Below are positions 30,491 through 44,024 of a DNA stretch of 64,000 nt, one piece after another. Numbering within the stretch: the first letter of the stretch is position 1; each line of letters begins with the position of its first letter. The translations under genes and the position numbers were made by a program. The stretch lies in contig CM059432.1 of NCBI GenBank assembly GCA_030390025.1, positions 71,302,001 to 71,366,000 of the forward strand, in the 5' to 3' direction. Under the pieces are notes generated by a model that had not been told where the DNA came from, did no database searches, and saw only the letters and a list, made by a program, of their open reading frames with translations. This DNA comes from Squalus acanthias. Its lineage: Eukaryota.

Positions 30491-31648
30491 AAATAAAAAC
30501 AGAAAATGCTGGAGATACTCAGCAGGTCAGGCAGCATCTGTGAAGAGAGAAACAGAGTTAACGTTTCAGGTCGATGACCTTTTGTCAGAACTGGAAAAAA
30601 GCAGGAAATGGAACAGATTTTTAAGCAAGTGACAGGGCTGGGAAAGGGGGAGGGGATGAAAGAACAAAAGGGAAGGTCTGTGATAGGATAGAAGGCAGGA
30701 GAGGTTAAGAGACATTAAGAGATATTCAAGGCAAAAGGAGATGGTAATGAGACAGGTTAAGAAACAAAGGATGGCTCTAGATGAAGTGTAAATTGCCCTG
30801 GCAGAATGAAAGACAGCTGCCAAGTGGGAGAGAAGAACAGAAGGCACAAACAAAAAGTGTGGATAAAAAAAATATATATGATAGGGACCGAGGTTATGAT
30901 CTGAAATTGTTGAACTCTATGTTGAGTCCAGAAGGCTGTAAAGTGCCTAATCGAAAGATGAGATGCTGCTGCTCGAGCTTACGCTGAGCTTCAGTGGAAT
31001 AATGCAAGAGGCCGAGGACGGTGAGGTCTGAGTGGGAGTGGAGCGGAGAATTAAAGTGACAGGCGACCAGAAGCTCGGGGTCCCCCTTACGGACTGAATG
31101 GAGGTGTTCCGCAAAGCGGTCACCCAATCTGCGTTTGGTCTCCCCAATGTAGAGGAGACCACATCGTGAGCAGCAAATACAGTATACTAAATTGCAAGAA
31201 GTACAAGTAAATCGCTGTTTCACCTGGAAGGGGTGTTTGGGGCCCTGGACAGTGGGAAGGGGGGAGGTATAAGGGCATGTGTTGCATCTCCTGCGCTTGC
31301 ACGGGAAGGTGCCGGGTGAAGGGGAAGGGGTGCTGGGGGTGATAGAGGAGTGGACCAGGGTGTCGCGGAGGGAGCGGTCCCTTTGGAATGCTGAAAGGGG
31401 AGGTGAAGGGAAGATGTGTTTGGTGGTGGGATCACGCTGGAGGTGGCAGAAATAGCGGAGGATGATCCGTTGAATGTGGTGGCTAGTGGGGTGAAAGGTG
31501 AGGACAAGGGGAACTCTATCGTGGTTCCGGGAGGGAGGGGCCGGGGTGAGGACAGAAGTGCGGGAGATAGAACGGACACAGTCAAGGGCCGTGTGAACCA
31601 CAGTAGAGGGGAATCCTCAGTTGAGGAAAAAGGAAGACATGTCAAAGG
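30491..31648 (-). mobile_element. Penelope-like element fragment (GIY-YIG endonuclease plus pLTR)
   Basis: ORF 30894-31601 has a GIY-YIG motif and closely matches 3562-4371; it sits at the break in a Harbinger transposase. Confidence 0.88.
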
Positions 31649-33115
31649 GATATAGACAGGCTATGTTAGTGGGCAAGAACATGGCAAATGGAGCATAACG
31701 TGGAGAAATGTGAAGTTATGCACTTTGCTAGGAAAAATAGAAAAGAAGTGTATTTTTAAAATGGTGAGAGATTGGGAAATGTTGGTGTTCAGAGGGACCT
31801 GGGTGTCCTTGTACACGAATCACTGAAGGTTAACATGCAGGTACAGCAAGCAATTAAGAAAGCAAATGGTATGATGGCCTTTATTACAAGAGGATTTGAG
31901 TATAAGAGTAAAGATGTCTGACTGCAATTATATAGGGCTCTGGTACAGCAGGCACCTCAAAGCACTGGATAGGTACCACCAACGCTGCCTCCGCAAGATC
32001 CTGCAAATCGATTGGCAGGATAGGCACACCAACGTGAGTGTTCTCGCTCAGGCCAACATCCCCAGCATCGAAGCTTTGACCACGCTCGATCAGCTCTGAT
32101 GGACGGGCCACATTGTCCGCATGCCCGATACGAGACTCCCAAAACAAGCGCTCTACTCGGAGCTCCAACACGGCAGGAGAGCCCCAGGTGGGCAGAGGAA
32201 ACGCTTCAAGGACACCCTCAAAGCCTCCTTGAAAAAGTGCAACATCCCCTCCAACACCTGGGAATCCCTGGCCCAAGACCGCTCAAAGTGGAGGAGAAGC
32301 ATCCAGGAAGACGCCGAACACCTCGAGTCTCTTCGCCAGGAGCAATCGGAAGCCAAGCGCAAATAGTGGAAGGAGCGCACGTCAACCCAAGCACCCCACC
32401 CACCCACCCCTTCAACCACCGTCTGCCCCACCTGTGACAGAGACTGTAGGTCCCGCATTGGACTCATCAGTCACCTGAGGACTCATCTTCAGTGTGGAAG
32501 CAAGTCATCCTCGGTTCCGAGGGTCTGCCTAAGAAGAAGAAGAAGAGGGCCCTAGTGAGACCACACCTGGAGTATTGTGTACAGTTTTGGTCTCCTTACC
32601 TAAGGAAGGATATACTTGCCATAGAGGGAGTGCAACAGAGGTTCACCAGAGTGATTCCCAGGATGGGGGGATTGTCCTATGAGGAGAGAATGAGTGGACT
32701 AGGCCTATATTCTCTGGAGTTTTAGAAGAATGAGAGTTGATCTCATTGAAACATCAAAATTCTTACAGGGCTTGAGAGGGTAGATGCAGGGAGGATGTTT
32801 CTCCTGGCTGGGGAGTCTAGAACCAGGGGTCACAGTCTCAGAATAAGAGGTCGGCCATTTTGGACTGAGATGAGGAGAAATTTCTTCACTCAGAGGGTGG
32901 TGAATCTTTGGAATTCTCTACTCCAGAGGGCTGTGGAGGCTCAGTCGTTGAGTATATTCAAGAGAGAGATCGGTAGATTTTTGGATATTAAGGGAATCAA
33001 GGCATATGAGAATAGTGTAGGAAAGTGGAGTTGAGGTAGAAGATCAGCCATGATCTTATTGAATGGCGGAGCAGGCTTGAGGGGCCGAATGGCCTACTCC
33101 TGCTCCTATTTCTTA
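31649..33115 (+). mobile_element. CR1 LINE 3' fragment split by an RTE insertion
   Basis: RPHLEYCVQFWSP and RGHSLRI..RPF.TEMRRNFFTQRVV motifs; CR1-type 3' tail. Confidence 0.88.
31945..32545 (+). mobile_element. RTE-clade LINE 3' fragment with (AAG)n tail
   Basis: HQRCLRKIL.I.WQD, MPD.RLPK..LY.EL and GGQRKRFKD.LK motifs; imperfect TSD AGGGCTCTGGT/AGGGCCCTAGT. Confidence 0.85.
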
Positions 33116-33779
33116 TGTTTAACTTATGCTTATGTTATCTTACAGATTACGGACAAAAAGCAGGGATGTGGGATTAAGCACAACTGCTCTTTCAAAAGCC
33201 AGCACAGGCACGACAGGCCGAATGGCATCCTTCTGTGCTGTAATTTTCTATGATTCTATGATTCTATCGTACACTGGAGGGAGGGAAGCAAAACAACAAA
33301 TGACCACAACGTGAGAGAACTGTTGGGGAGCATATCACTGTGCGCCTCCTGATCTATAAAGGCACTGGAATCTTCCCTTTAGTACCCCAATAGTCCTCTG
33401 AATGGTCACTGTGGTGTCTGAATGTGCTTCATTGTAACAATGTTCAGCTGCTGAGGCAGGCAATCAGTGTAGTCATCAGCCAAGGAAGCAATGGCTTAGT
33501 TGCTTTCAGCAGCTCCTTTATAAAGGGAGCCATTTTAAAAATTGCAAAAAAATTCAGTGTCCATTTTTTGGGGCTGATGGTGTACCTGGGCTAACTACAC
33601 AGCAGGTCCCAAAAAAGACCAGGGGTTGGGACTCTGATGTTTGGATTCCCCAGTCAGCCCTGTCCCCTTATGACGATGGCCTTGCAAGGGCCAGGAGAGG
33701 TCCCTCCCACATAAAGCCATTCCGGAAACTTGAAACAAGTTGGAACCCGGAATATTTCGGCACTGATCTGGTTTCCGGC

Positions 33780-34200
33780 ATATGTTTCAAAAGTTATGGC
33801 GGGATCTGCTGGAATGGCCATAGATTTTCGCTGCCAATATCCAACACCTGGTGAATGCAGCATGGATTGCAGCCTGAGAAATACTACACAGGTCCACAGT
33901 AGTAACCTGGAAGGAGCCAATGGCATAAAATCTGAGAGCAGTAGTCACTTTGACTGTCACTGGCAGAGTAGTTGGGTCACTGGATCCAGACTGAGAGTTT
34001 GGGCTCAGAAGCTGGCACAGCCATGTTGAGTTGAAGCCTATGAGGTGTAACTTGTCACTCATGCCTTTGTATGAGGTCCGGAGCCAGTAAACATGTAGGG
34101 TTGAATACTTACATGTTTGTTTCAGCTTAGCCCAGTTTTGCCTTTGCTTCCTTGAGCACACTTCGTCCTCTTCCACAAACATGGCATAAGGAGAGAACTC
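33780..34200 (-). pseudogene. Old Harbinger transposase relic
   Basis: LPVTVKVTTALRFYAIGSFQ...ISQ matches the HARBI1-like N-terminal region seen at 53241-53489. Confidence 0.6.
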
Positions 34201-35161
34201 CATGGTTCCAATTTGTATACTTTATTGGGAGTGGGTGGGGGAAGGAAACAAAATTTGTCGGTCACATGCTAGCAGTATGAAGTAGTTCCCCAAGGAAAAT
34301 CAGTCCACAAATAGCTGAGATATCAGCCAACATTGTCCACACTAAAAGCTCTTTGAAATAAAGCTCTCTTGCCAGGATCAACTATTCCTGGCAACCCAGA
34401 AGGCCTCATTTATACAGGTGTTTCTTACATGGAGTCCAACGGAGGTGGTAATGATGGGAATTTGAAGGCATGACATCATCCCGCCACTGCCATGTAATTT
34501 CCTTACATTTGCCAAAAAGGGGGTGGGCGTTTCCTGCATCCACCGCTACAGACACTCTAAATTTCATCAAGTCCAAAATAGGACATAAACCTAGCAAGAA
34601 CAGGTACTGTCCCAAAAGCTGCTCTACCTTAAGCTCCCCCAGCTGCCAATACACTCCATTCCCAAGAATACAAAAGGAAAAAAATGCATTGTGTAGCCAT
34701 TGTTCTTCTAAGCTCCTGTGAAGTGCCTTGGGACGTTTTACTACATTAAGGTGTTGTATAAATGCAAGTTATTGTTGTTGTTCATCTTATTAAAAGAAGT
34801 AGCTCCAGCAATTTTCTCTGAGGTTCTTCCAGTTGGCCACTGTAACTTTGCCGGAAACCTAGTTAACCTAGTTTCTCCGTGGTTTTTGCCCATATTTCAC
34901 CGAAGTTACAGCGGCCAATTAGGAGAACCCCTAATGAAATTCTCAGTGTAGCTGTGAGTGAAAAGTGCTATAATTGCAGTAGAAAGCACTAATGATAATG
35001 CCTTTGTGTTTAGTGTTGACATGAACATTCATACCCCTCCAAATAGTTGGATTCTTACTTGATAAGGCCGTGTTAAAGGTTAGCAATATTGAAGTCATAC
35101 AGAGTTGCAAAACTGCATAGCCAAGTTGAAAAATGAGCGTTATACACCAGTCCAGGACTGG

Positions 35162-37483
35162 GGAGCTCGATTTTTATAGAGGAGGCCGGTTGGAGTCGGG
35201 TTGCGTGGTGGGCGGGTTCCGGAGCCGCTTCCGGCGGGATCAGCTGCTGATGTCCGATTTTGATTTAATGAGCTTGTTGATTTCAATGGGATGTGCTGGC
35301 CGGTCCAATGAGTGCGATCGGGTCGGCTGGCCACCTCTGATGACCTCATCATAGCTGCTGCTTTTAAAGCTTCCATTCAGCCTAAGCCTTTCTCTTCTGG
35401 ATTCTGATACTCAGTGAGATTGATCGATACGCAATGACTTCTTCCAGAGGCAAGGCAGCTCCTCGATTTAATGATGAGTCCCTCCATGCTCTTGTCGATT
35501 CTGTCAGAGGACGCAAGGAGATTCTCTACCCTCCTGATGGCCGGAGGAAGCCTCCTCAGCAGACCAAGGCAGCCTGGCCGCGCATTGCTGAGGAGGTCAG
35601 CGCAAGGTCCATATGTTCATGCTCATGGATCCAGTGCTGAAAAAGGTTTAATGATCTTGTGTGAACATCAAAAGTGTGTATCACATCACACTTACCTTCA
35701 ATCTGCTTCCCTTCTCTTCTCATCACAAGCACTCTGCATTGTAAGCCTCCTCCTTCACATCCCACCTTACCCTTACTTCCCTTGCACTCTTACCTATCCA
35801 TCTCTGTCTCTGCACTGAATCACTTCAGCATCCTGCCTATGCACCCCTTAGACTCGCTCTCACTGTCATGCAGTGACAACAACTAACAACGTACAGGGAG
35901 CTAGCTTCCTCTTGGCACCTTACCCCATCTTCGTCTCCCTCAAAGCTTCTATGGTCGGGATTAATCACACTCACTCCATCACTGTGGTTGAAACACCACT
36001 TGTGTCCCTCCTTGCAGGAAAAGATAGCCCACAATAAGAGGGAGAGAGCACCGACTGGAGGAGGAACACCTACCCTAGCAACATTGACAAGTGCTGAGGA
36101 GGCTGCATACGATATTGTTGGAGGTGGCGAGGACCTGGAAGTGGGCGATGGAGAGACAGGCACACTAGAGGAAGTTGGTGACATAATAGAGTTTCATCCC
36201 TCACAGACTGCAATGGCATATGATGTTCATAGAGAATCGCATTGTATCATCTGCTCAAAAGGATGTGTCTGCTACATCAATATCAGATGTCTAAATCATG
36301 CCTTAACTCTCCCACAGGACCATCAAGCGACCCCCTCCCAGAATCCAGGACGAAGAGCCGGACAACTCCTCAGAGGAACCTGAAGCCTCTGAGGGAACAG
36401 CGTCACCAGGACTCAGCGCACCCAGCACCAGTGCAGCAACGCACACCTCGGTGGGGCTCTCGTAAGTTAGAGTAGTGTTGCCACCTGGTCTATCACAGCG
36501 CACAAGTGAGCATCAGCAGATGGTGGAGACAGCGACAGCAGTGGAGAGTCCTCGGCGGAGGTCGCAGGACTCTCCTAGCTCTGTTGAGCTGCATGCAGAC
36601 GCTGTGCCTCTGGGGCCATCCAGAAAAAGAGCGTCTCGGGAAATACAGGAACAAGTGCAGGAGTCTCTGGAAGGGTATGCCTCCAGGGTTAGTGCGAGTG
36701 TGGAGAGAATGGAGGAGTCCATCTCTAACATCAGCACTGCCGTGGTGGAGGCAATGGCGCATGAACGCACCACCATGGATAGGATGGCTACCTCCATGGA
36801 TAGGATGGCAACCTCCGTGGAAAGGTTGGCTACCTCCATTGAAAGGATGGCTACTGCCATGGAGGAAATAAGTCGCCAGAGTCAGGAAAACATGGTGACT
36901 GTTCAAAATAGAATGTCATCTCTGGAGGAGAGATGGGCAGCTATTAAGCAGAGAGATCAGAGCTTCATGGACGTCCTTGTGATGAGGACTGCCAGTGCAG
37001 ATATGGGTCCTCATGGTTCCCCTGATGAGCAGCAAGGTGCTCTCCAGCTTGAATAGTCACAAGGTCAGTAGATGTGCAAAATCTTATCCCATACCTACAA
37101 CAGCAAAGTTGTTGCATTTGAATGTCAGCCATGTTTCAGGGTCGTTTTTAAAGTGCTCCACCAATGAATACAAATCATGTCCTCCAGCAACACGTCTCCT
37201 TGAACCTGGCCTGTTTCTGACTAGTCGGGAAACAGGAGCCAGAAGCACGAAAATGGGAAACCACTATCAAAATAGGATTAGCAAGGCAGTAAACAGGCTG
37301 TTAACTGCCTTAACTACCTGTCCCACCGGTTCCAGGCGGGTCAGTTTGGGAGCGGCTAAACAGACACTCACAAAATTCGGGTGGGGGCGGGATGGAGGCA
37401 GATTGGGTATCTGAAGCCATTTTTTCCGATTTTCGCTATAGACCCGCCTCCAAACCCTCCTCAGGGCTATTAGAATCGAGCCC
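35162..37483 (+). mobile_element. PIF/Harbinger element B, internally deleted (Myb/SANT pseudogene 35434-37056, no transposase)
   Basis: Close paralogue of 27397-29309 with the same intron positions; termini GGAGCTCGATTTT / AGAATCGAGCCC. Confidence 0.78.
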
Positions 37484-38354
37484 TGGGGTTAAGTTGGGGG
37501 GATGGGGTGGGGGAAGGGGGGGAGAATTTCTGCAGGAGTTCCCCCATCTCCCACCATAACTCCAGCAGATGATCGGCTGCAACCCCCGCCATAAACAGCA
37601 TTCGTGCCATTTCTCCAGAGTTTCTGCCGGTCTTGCACTGAAGTTTTTTATTACATGCTTTCATGTACATATCTGTCCTGTGTTGACATTTTACAGTAAT
37701 ATTCATGCCTTATTTTTATGCTCTTTAAATCAGTCAAGCCTGGCATGGCATTGCGATGGAGTCCACTCTGCCACAGATATGTTGCCACATTTGCCAACAC
37801 TTTTACCAATTTTTTTTGGGGGGGGGTGGAGTGGCTGTTCTCTCTCACCAAACCAGGTCAATCCACACAGAATTTATCAGCACTTGTAGGGTTTTGTTGG
37901 GTCACTCTCCCTCGCCAATCAGTAAATTTAAACAGAAATTATGCATCCCACAGCAGACATTCATTTTACCATTTTGAGTTGCTTGTTCGCTGCTGGAGAA
38001 ATGTTCAGGGGTTATTGCTGTAAGTGTGTCGTGATTGGTTGCAAATCTTTCATGCTGCTAACAAAATGGCTCACGATTGAAAGCCATGCATGCCCACAAG
38101 TTTGTTAGCAGTTTGTTAATTATACTGAAAAGTAGACAGTTCTCCCATTGTTTTTTCATGAAAGAGGAATGTCAGTCCTTATTTCACAGAACAATGTTAA
38201 CACATTTCTGGAGCAAATCCAAAAAGAATTTCTTGTATAAAAACATCAGTCAAATATGATTGAATACTAATTAAGTCATTCCAGTGTAAAGAATTTTTTG
38301 ATATTTACATATAGAGTGGGCGTATTTTTTTTATCAGGAGTATTACTTGATCAT

Positions 38355-39108
38355 GGCCCAGAAATTGATCCGGCTGCGCGAGAGTACGCACAGTGTACAC
38401 TCGCGCAGCCAGACTTCAATTGCCGGTTTTCAGCATGCACTGCGCATGCACTGAAAACCGGCAATTGATGGAAGTGAAAGGGGGCGGGTCCTCAGTGCAC
38501 CGCGTGCGCGCTACAGGCTGCGCGCACGCTGTGCACTTCATCGCTTGCGCACGCAGGTAAGTATTGAAGATTCTGGAAAAGTAAAAAGCAGGCGCAGGAG
38601 CCTCTTTTAACCAGGTAAGTACATAATTAAGTAGTATTTAGAATTTTTTTTTACAGGTAAATCTTTAGTAGCGACTTTAAAGACAGGTAAGTTTATTTTT
38701 ATAACATTTTAAAAGATTTAAAATTTTTTCAAAAATTTATTTTTTTGTTTAAAAAGGTTAATTTATTTAATTACACTTATTTTAATAATGTGATGGGTTT
38801 TTTTTTTAATTTAATGGAGGTTTAGCTCTTCTTTTGGGGGCTTGTTGTATTCCTAGTTTTCACAGCAGTTCAATGGCCGCTGTGAATTCTATGAATGAGA
38901 GCTTGGTGTGCTGCCATTGGCTGTAACTCAGTCACGTGATCCCACAGTGCACTCGAACTAACTCCGCACTGTGGAATCACGATGCACTCGCAGCTGATGG
39001 CTGGGACATGAAGTTCCAGCGAGCTGGGACTGAAAAAGCCAAGGCGCAGTGAGACATCGCGGGAAGGGCTTACCCTCGCACGAACCCTCACACTGCAATT
39101 TCTGGGCC
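38355..39108. mobile_element. Harbinger-type MITE (hairpin family)
   Basis: TIR GGCCCAGAAATTG/CAATTTCTGGGCC; GC-rich arms and AT-rich centre. Confidence 0.82.
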
Positions 39109-39852
39109 AATTTTAAATGACATGCACAATGATTATAAATGACGGCTGTATTATGCATGTCATTTTTCTACTAATATGTTTACTCTCCATTTTAACGTCT
39201 TTATATTTTCATCACAAAGAATCAAGAATTATGGGAATTTGTTAAAGCTCAGTAAGAAAAGAAAATATTTCTCTCTGTATAATTTAATTAAAGTAGGAGA
39301 TTCTAATTGAGTTATACTTTTGGATATTCTGGAAATTTTTACTGATAGAAAATGTTTGCTACACAACACTAATTTTATGTCTCTAGAATAGTGTGAAAAT
39401 GCTAATTGCTGTGTAACGCCATTTATTAAAAGATTTGGCTACATATACCACAGGTAACGCAAGGAAAGGTGCAAACTTCCCCCACCAGCCCAAGCGATTC
39501 TTACCTTTTAATAGCAAGGATTTGTGTGGCTAAAATGTGGTAATGAGGATTCTTTTCACATCAGAAACTTATTTTTCCCTTATTCTTTTATTGTGCTTTT
39601 TTGGGGAAATAGGTTAGGTGTAATGTAGTGGTTATGAAGCACTGACACTGTAATGTGAACAGTACAACCCTTCTGAAGATCTTGCTCTAGCTTTTTAATA
39701 CAAGTTTAAAAAAACACGCAGATTGAAAGTATAATTATGGAATTTATTAAACAAAAAAAATACATCTGGGTAACTGCATGATGCCGTACTGAGCCACACA
39801 ATCCAGGAAGGCTCCAGGTTTAATCTTTGGTCTGCACTAAGTTAGATAATTT

Positions 39853-40768
39853 GGCCAGAATTTTCCGGGGTGGTAGCGGGCACGATTGGTGGCGGGTCGG
39901 GTGGGAAAGTTGTTATTTTTGACAGCGGGTCGGGAACCCACTGTCATCTCGCTCCCACGCGCCTTTTCCCCAGGCGCGTCTGTCATCGCAGAGCCGACCC
40001 GACCGGCAGTGGCGGGCGACCCATTTGAGATGATTAATAGGTAGCTTACAGGCCCTTAAGAGCCTTTTTTCACTTACTTTTTAAATTTCCCTGCATGGCC
40101 ATGGGATTCACGCAGCTCGGGAACCATGTCTGTCAATCTGAGGCGGGAGTTGAATGGCCATTGCTCCAGCTGATTACTTGACAGCTTGAAATGTACAGTA
40201 AAAGCTCCCACCTAACAGATGATCACTTTCCTCAGGCAGAAGCTGTTGCTCAGTCCATTTCCAGCACAGATTCTACAGGCTGCAAGCGTTTCTAGCAAAG
40301 TCTCCAACCAGTGTCACCTCATTGGAAGAACTCTCTCATCATTGACAGAATGGCCGCGATTTTATCGGCACTGAGTGGGCGGGTTTGGAAGCGGGTCAAG
40401 GGTCAAAATAATTTTGATTGACGGTGGGTTTCGATCCCGCCATCAACCCGCCCCCAAACAATTTTCCCAAATGATTGTCAGTGTTTGTAGCACTCCAATG
40501 CTGGAGTGCACTGACAGCACTATGTTAGATTAAACTTCAAATCTAATGTGTCCATGGTCCCTTTAAAGATCCTGGCTAAAAATGTGTCATGAATGACGTC
40601 ACCAGATCCGCTCCATCTCATTGGGCCGGGTAACGCGCTGGGCGGGGCTTAATAGGCCCCATTAAGGTAAGTTCATTTTCAACAGCGGGATGGAGCCAGC
40701 AGCGGGGTCACAACCCGCCACGGACACCGGCCGCACCGGACCTGCCAAGGTAAAGGAAATTCTGGTCT
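39853..40768. mobile_element. Non-autonomous Harbinger-type element
   Basis: Termini GGCCAGAATTTTCC / GGAAATTCTGGTC; GCGGGT subterminal motifs like element A. Confidence 0.65.
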
Positions 40769-40902
40769 TTGAGTCAGGGTGACAATAAGTCTGCTACAAT
40801 TGACTTCAGGCTTTGTAGTTTAAATCAAGAATAATTCTTGTCTTGGAGAAAAAAACCTGTATAATAAAATGTTTTGTGTCTGTTGTGAACGTTGTAACTA
40901 TA

Positions 40903-41632
40903 GGCCGAGAAACTCGAGTGCACCCAAAAACAGGCACGCCAGGGGGCTCAGGGAATAATCAAATTGCCTGAATAGATAGGCACAAGGCGCATGTAATATT
41001 GGGTCTTGGGCCTTATTATCATCAAAGCGGCCAGCTGCGGACACCCAATGGGCATCCCCAGGCAGCTCGCCGGAGAAGAGGACACGACACAACGACCCTC
41101 AGGTAAGTCATTAAAGGAAACTAAGAGAGTGGAGGGGGGTGACTGGGAGAGGGGGGTGACCGGGAGAGGGGCATTGGCAGGGATCTGGAGAGTGGTAGCG
41201 ACGGTGATCACAAGCACTCCTGCTCCTCCTGGCTCTACATTCAGGTAAGTATATTTTAAAACCTTACCTTTTTGGTGGCAGCCTGCCGTAGTCCCTTTAA
41301 GGGCCACCTGTTAGGCCGCATATCGAGCACGTTTTCCTGAAGGCAGCCGCCACAGTGCTGGCTGCCTCAGGGTAAAACAATACGGCAGAGGGGGCCTCAA
41401 ACAGGCGTTAGACTACTTATTTGCATATGCAAAGCATCTAACACCTGTTTCAGGTGTTGGTCCTGGATGCCTGCCCTTTTTTTCTATACCAATATGGCGG
41501 GTGGCGCATTTCCAGCTCATAATGAGCATGTGGTTCCTGCCTGCCATGTTGGAGGCTTAGGAGGGTGTTTAACTTCCACAAATCTGCTATTACCTGTTTT
41601 TCACCTGGCGATACAAGTTAAAATTACCCCCG
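40903..41632. mobile_element. Harbinger-type MITE, related internally to 49011-50210
   Basis: Starts GGCCGAGAAACT and ends AAAATTACCCCC; shares GCACT.CTGCTCCTCCTGGC...CTTACCT with 49850-49900. Confidence 0.5.
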
Positions 41633-41835
41633 TTAAATGCTCATCCGCTAATATCACAAGCAGTAATGTCTAACCTTTAACTTCTATTAACTTCTGTGTA
41701 CTTGGCAGTGATGCGCATCAGACTTGTACTTTTCACCCATCTCCTATAGAAGTGCTGTACTCACCTCCTCTTACATGGCCATTAGATTCAATATTTACAA
41801 ATAAGTGTGAGCTGCGAGCAACAGAAAAAAATAAA

Positions 41836-42553
41836 GGCCCGTAATTTCCGACAGGAGGCTTCCTGCGTGCGGATGCTTCCTATCGGGAAAAAATCTACGC
41901 CCTTACCTGAGGGCTCCCGAGGTCCGGACACTTCCGATCCTGGGCCTCTCCACAGTCGAAATGCGCAGGGCCCACGTATCCCAGGGGCGCATGCGGTTCA
42001 CAAGCGTCCCTGGGATCATGTGGACCAGGCGAGCCAATGAAAGAAGGGAATCCCCCTTCATACTTTTGACAGATAGACCTGTCAAAAGTATGAATGGGGA
42101 TCACTGAAAAAAGACACTAAAGCATTCAATACATTTTTAAAAAACCATCACGTTTTTAAAATGAGTTAAAATTACATTAAATTAAATATTTTAAACAAAA
42201 ATTTTATTTTTTGAAAAAAGTAATTAAAGTTTTTTACGGGGCTAAAAATAAACTTACCTTTTTTAAAAGTATTTTTAAATTATAAATGAGTGAAAAAAAA
42301 TTATTTTAAAAAACTTTTTTAAACTCTTATGCTGGTAAAAGCAGGCCTTATGCCTGCTTTTACCAGGCGTAAGATTTTTAAGTGATTTCAGCGGGCAGAG
42401 GTTCTGCAGAAAGCGGAACTCTCCACCCGCAGAGGCCCTTCTCCAGGGCAGGCGTCCGCTCTGTCAAGAGCGTGCCTGAAACCGGCATTTCCGATGTCTC
42501 TATGGGTGTGTACACAGCGCGTACACACCTGTAGGCATCGGAAAATACGGGCC
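41836..42553. mobile_element. Harbinger-type MITE (hairpin family, opposite orientation)
   Basis: TIR GGCCCGTAATTT/AAAATACGGGCC; similar to the reverse complement of 61367-62107. Confidence 0.82.
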
Positions 42554-43180
42554 ATAATATTTTTTAAATGATACAATTTAAGAAGAAAGAAAAAACTTGC
42601 ATTTATACAGCACTTTCACAACCTCAGAACGCCCCAAAGCACTTTACAATCAATGAAGTACCCTTGAAGTGTAGTCACTGTTTTGGTATAGTTTATGTTG
42701 ATAAATAAAAATGATGACCTAATGATGTTGTTTAAGATGAGGCTTTTTTGTATCACTGAGGGGGCCCGCTGTTTGTGATGCTTATGAGGAGCTCTGTGGG
42801 GCACTGAGGCTGGAGTGAGTTAGCCAGGCTCAACCATGGTGCATGACAACCTGTTTAAGGCTGATTATTAGAGACTTGAAAGTGGCAAAATCCTGATACA
42901 GTGCTACACTGCTTCAGCAAAAACTACTAATCTACTGTGGGGTGTAAAGGGGGAAACAAAATGTTATAATGGTGTAAGTAACTGAGGAAAAGGTTTTGGG
43001 GATGGAGAAAAAATGAGATAAAAGAAAGAAATAATAGTTCTTCCACCTGTTTCCTTTCTTTTCTGTAGGTCTCCCTGTCTCACTAACATTTGCTCCTCTA
43101 TTGAGGTACCTTTATCTTTGACTGGCTCCACTTTCTCCCTCCCAGGGAATGAAAGACTTACAGAAAGAGGTAGCGAGAAA

Positions 43181-44024
43181 GGGCTGGATTTTCCAATCCC
43201 CGAGGAGGCGGGCATGGAGGCGGGACAGTCGGTAAACTCGGAGAAAGTGGGGGCGGAAGCAAAGCCGCCCCCATCCCGCCTCCATGCCCTTTTGCCAGGA
43301 GGCGGGAGGATGTGAAGCTTCGGGTCCCGTCTCCTGGAGGCGGGAAAGGCATTTAATCCTTTTAACTGCCTGTTAACAGCTGGTTAACAGGCAGAAAAAA
43401 GGATTAGTGCCATTTTACCTTCACAGGTGAAGGCTTCCCGACCTCGGAGAACCCCGCTGGGTTGGAGGAGACGTGGAGGAGGTCTACGCTGGTCGGAGGC
43501 ACCTGGAAGTAAGATGTAGAGGTGAGTGATGGGTGCAAGTGTGGAGTGGTAAGTATGCAAGGTGAGTGATAAGTTTAAAAAAGTGTTCACTTACCTTGTT
43601 TTCCTTCCATAGCCTTTAGCCGCGGAGGATCGGGAGAGCCGACATCCTGCTTGTCAATTTCAGGTAATGGCTGATGGACCCTCCGATCCATCAGACATCT
43701 GAAATTTACAAATTTGCAATGTTTGATGAGTCCTCATCTCAAAGACTCATCAAACTAAAGAGAATGTCAGTGTTTGACAGCTTCACAGGGCTGTCAAATG
43801 CTGACATTTCTTCTTTCAAGAACTCTTGACAGATAGCACGTCTGACGTTGACGTGATCTGTCAGTGACTTCTTCCCTAATTGGCCTGCTGAGCCCGCAGG
43901 GCGGGCTTAACAAGCTCAATCAGGGGAAAATCCCTCTGAATGGTCAGGCGAGGATGAGGCGGGACATTGACACGACAAGCAGCAGTCCCGCCTCCAACTC
44001 GCCTCCATTCACAAAATCCAGCCC
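43181..44024. mobile_element. Harbinger-type MITE with several internal inverted repeats
   Basis: TIR GGGCTGGATTTT/AAAATCCAGCCC, 3-bp TSD AAA. Confidence 0.85.

Noticed and set aside
29589..30537. Host HARBI1 or NAIF1/MSANTD genes
   Set aside because: Multiple frameshifted copies bounded by TIRs indicate transposon relics rather than domesticated genes.
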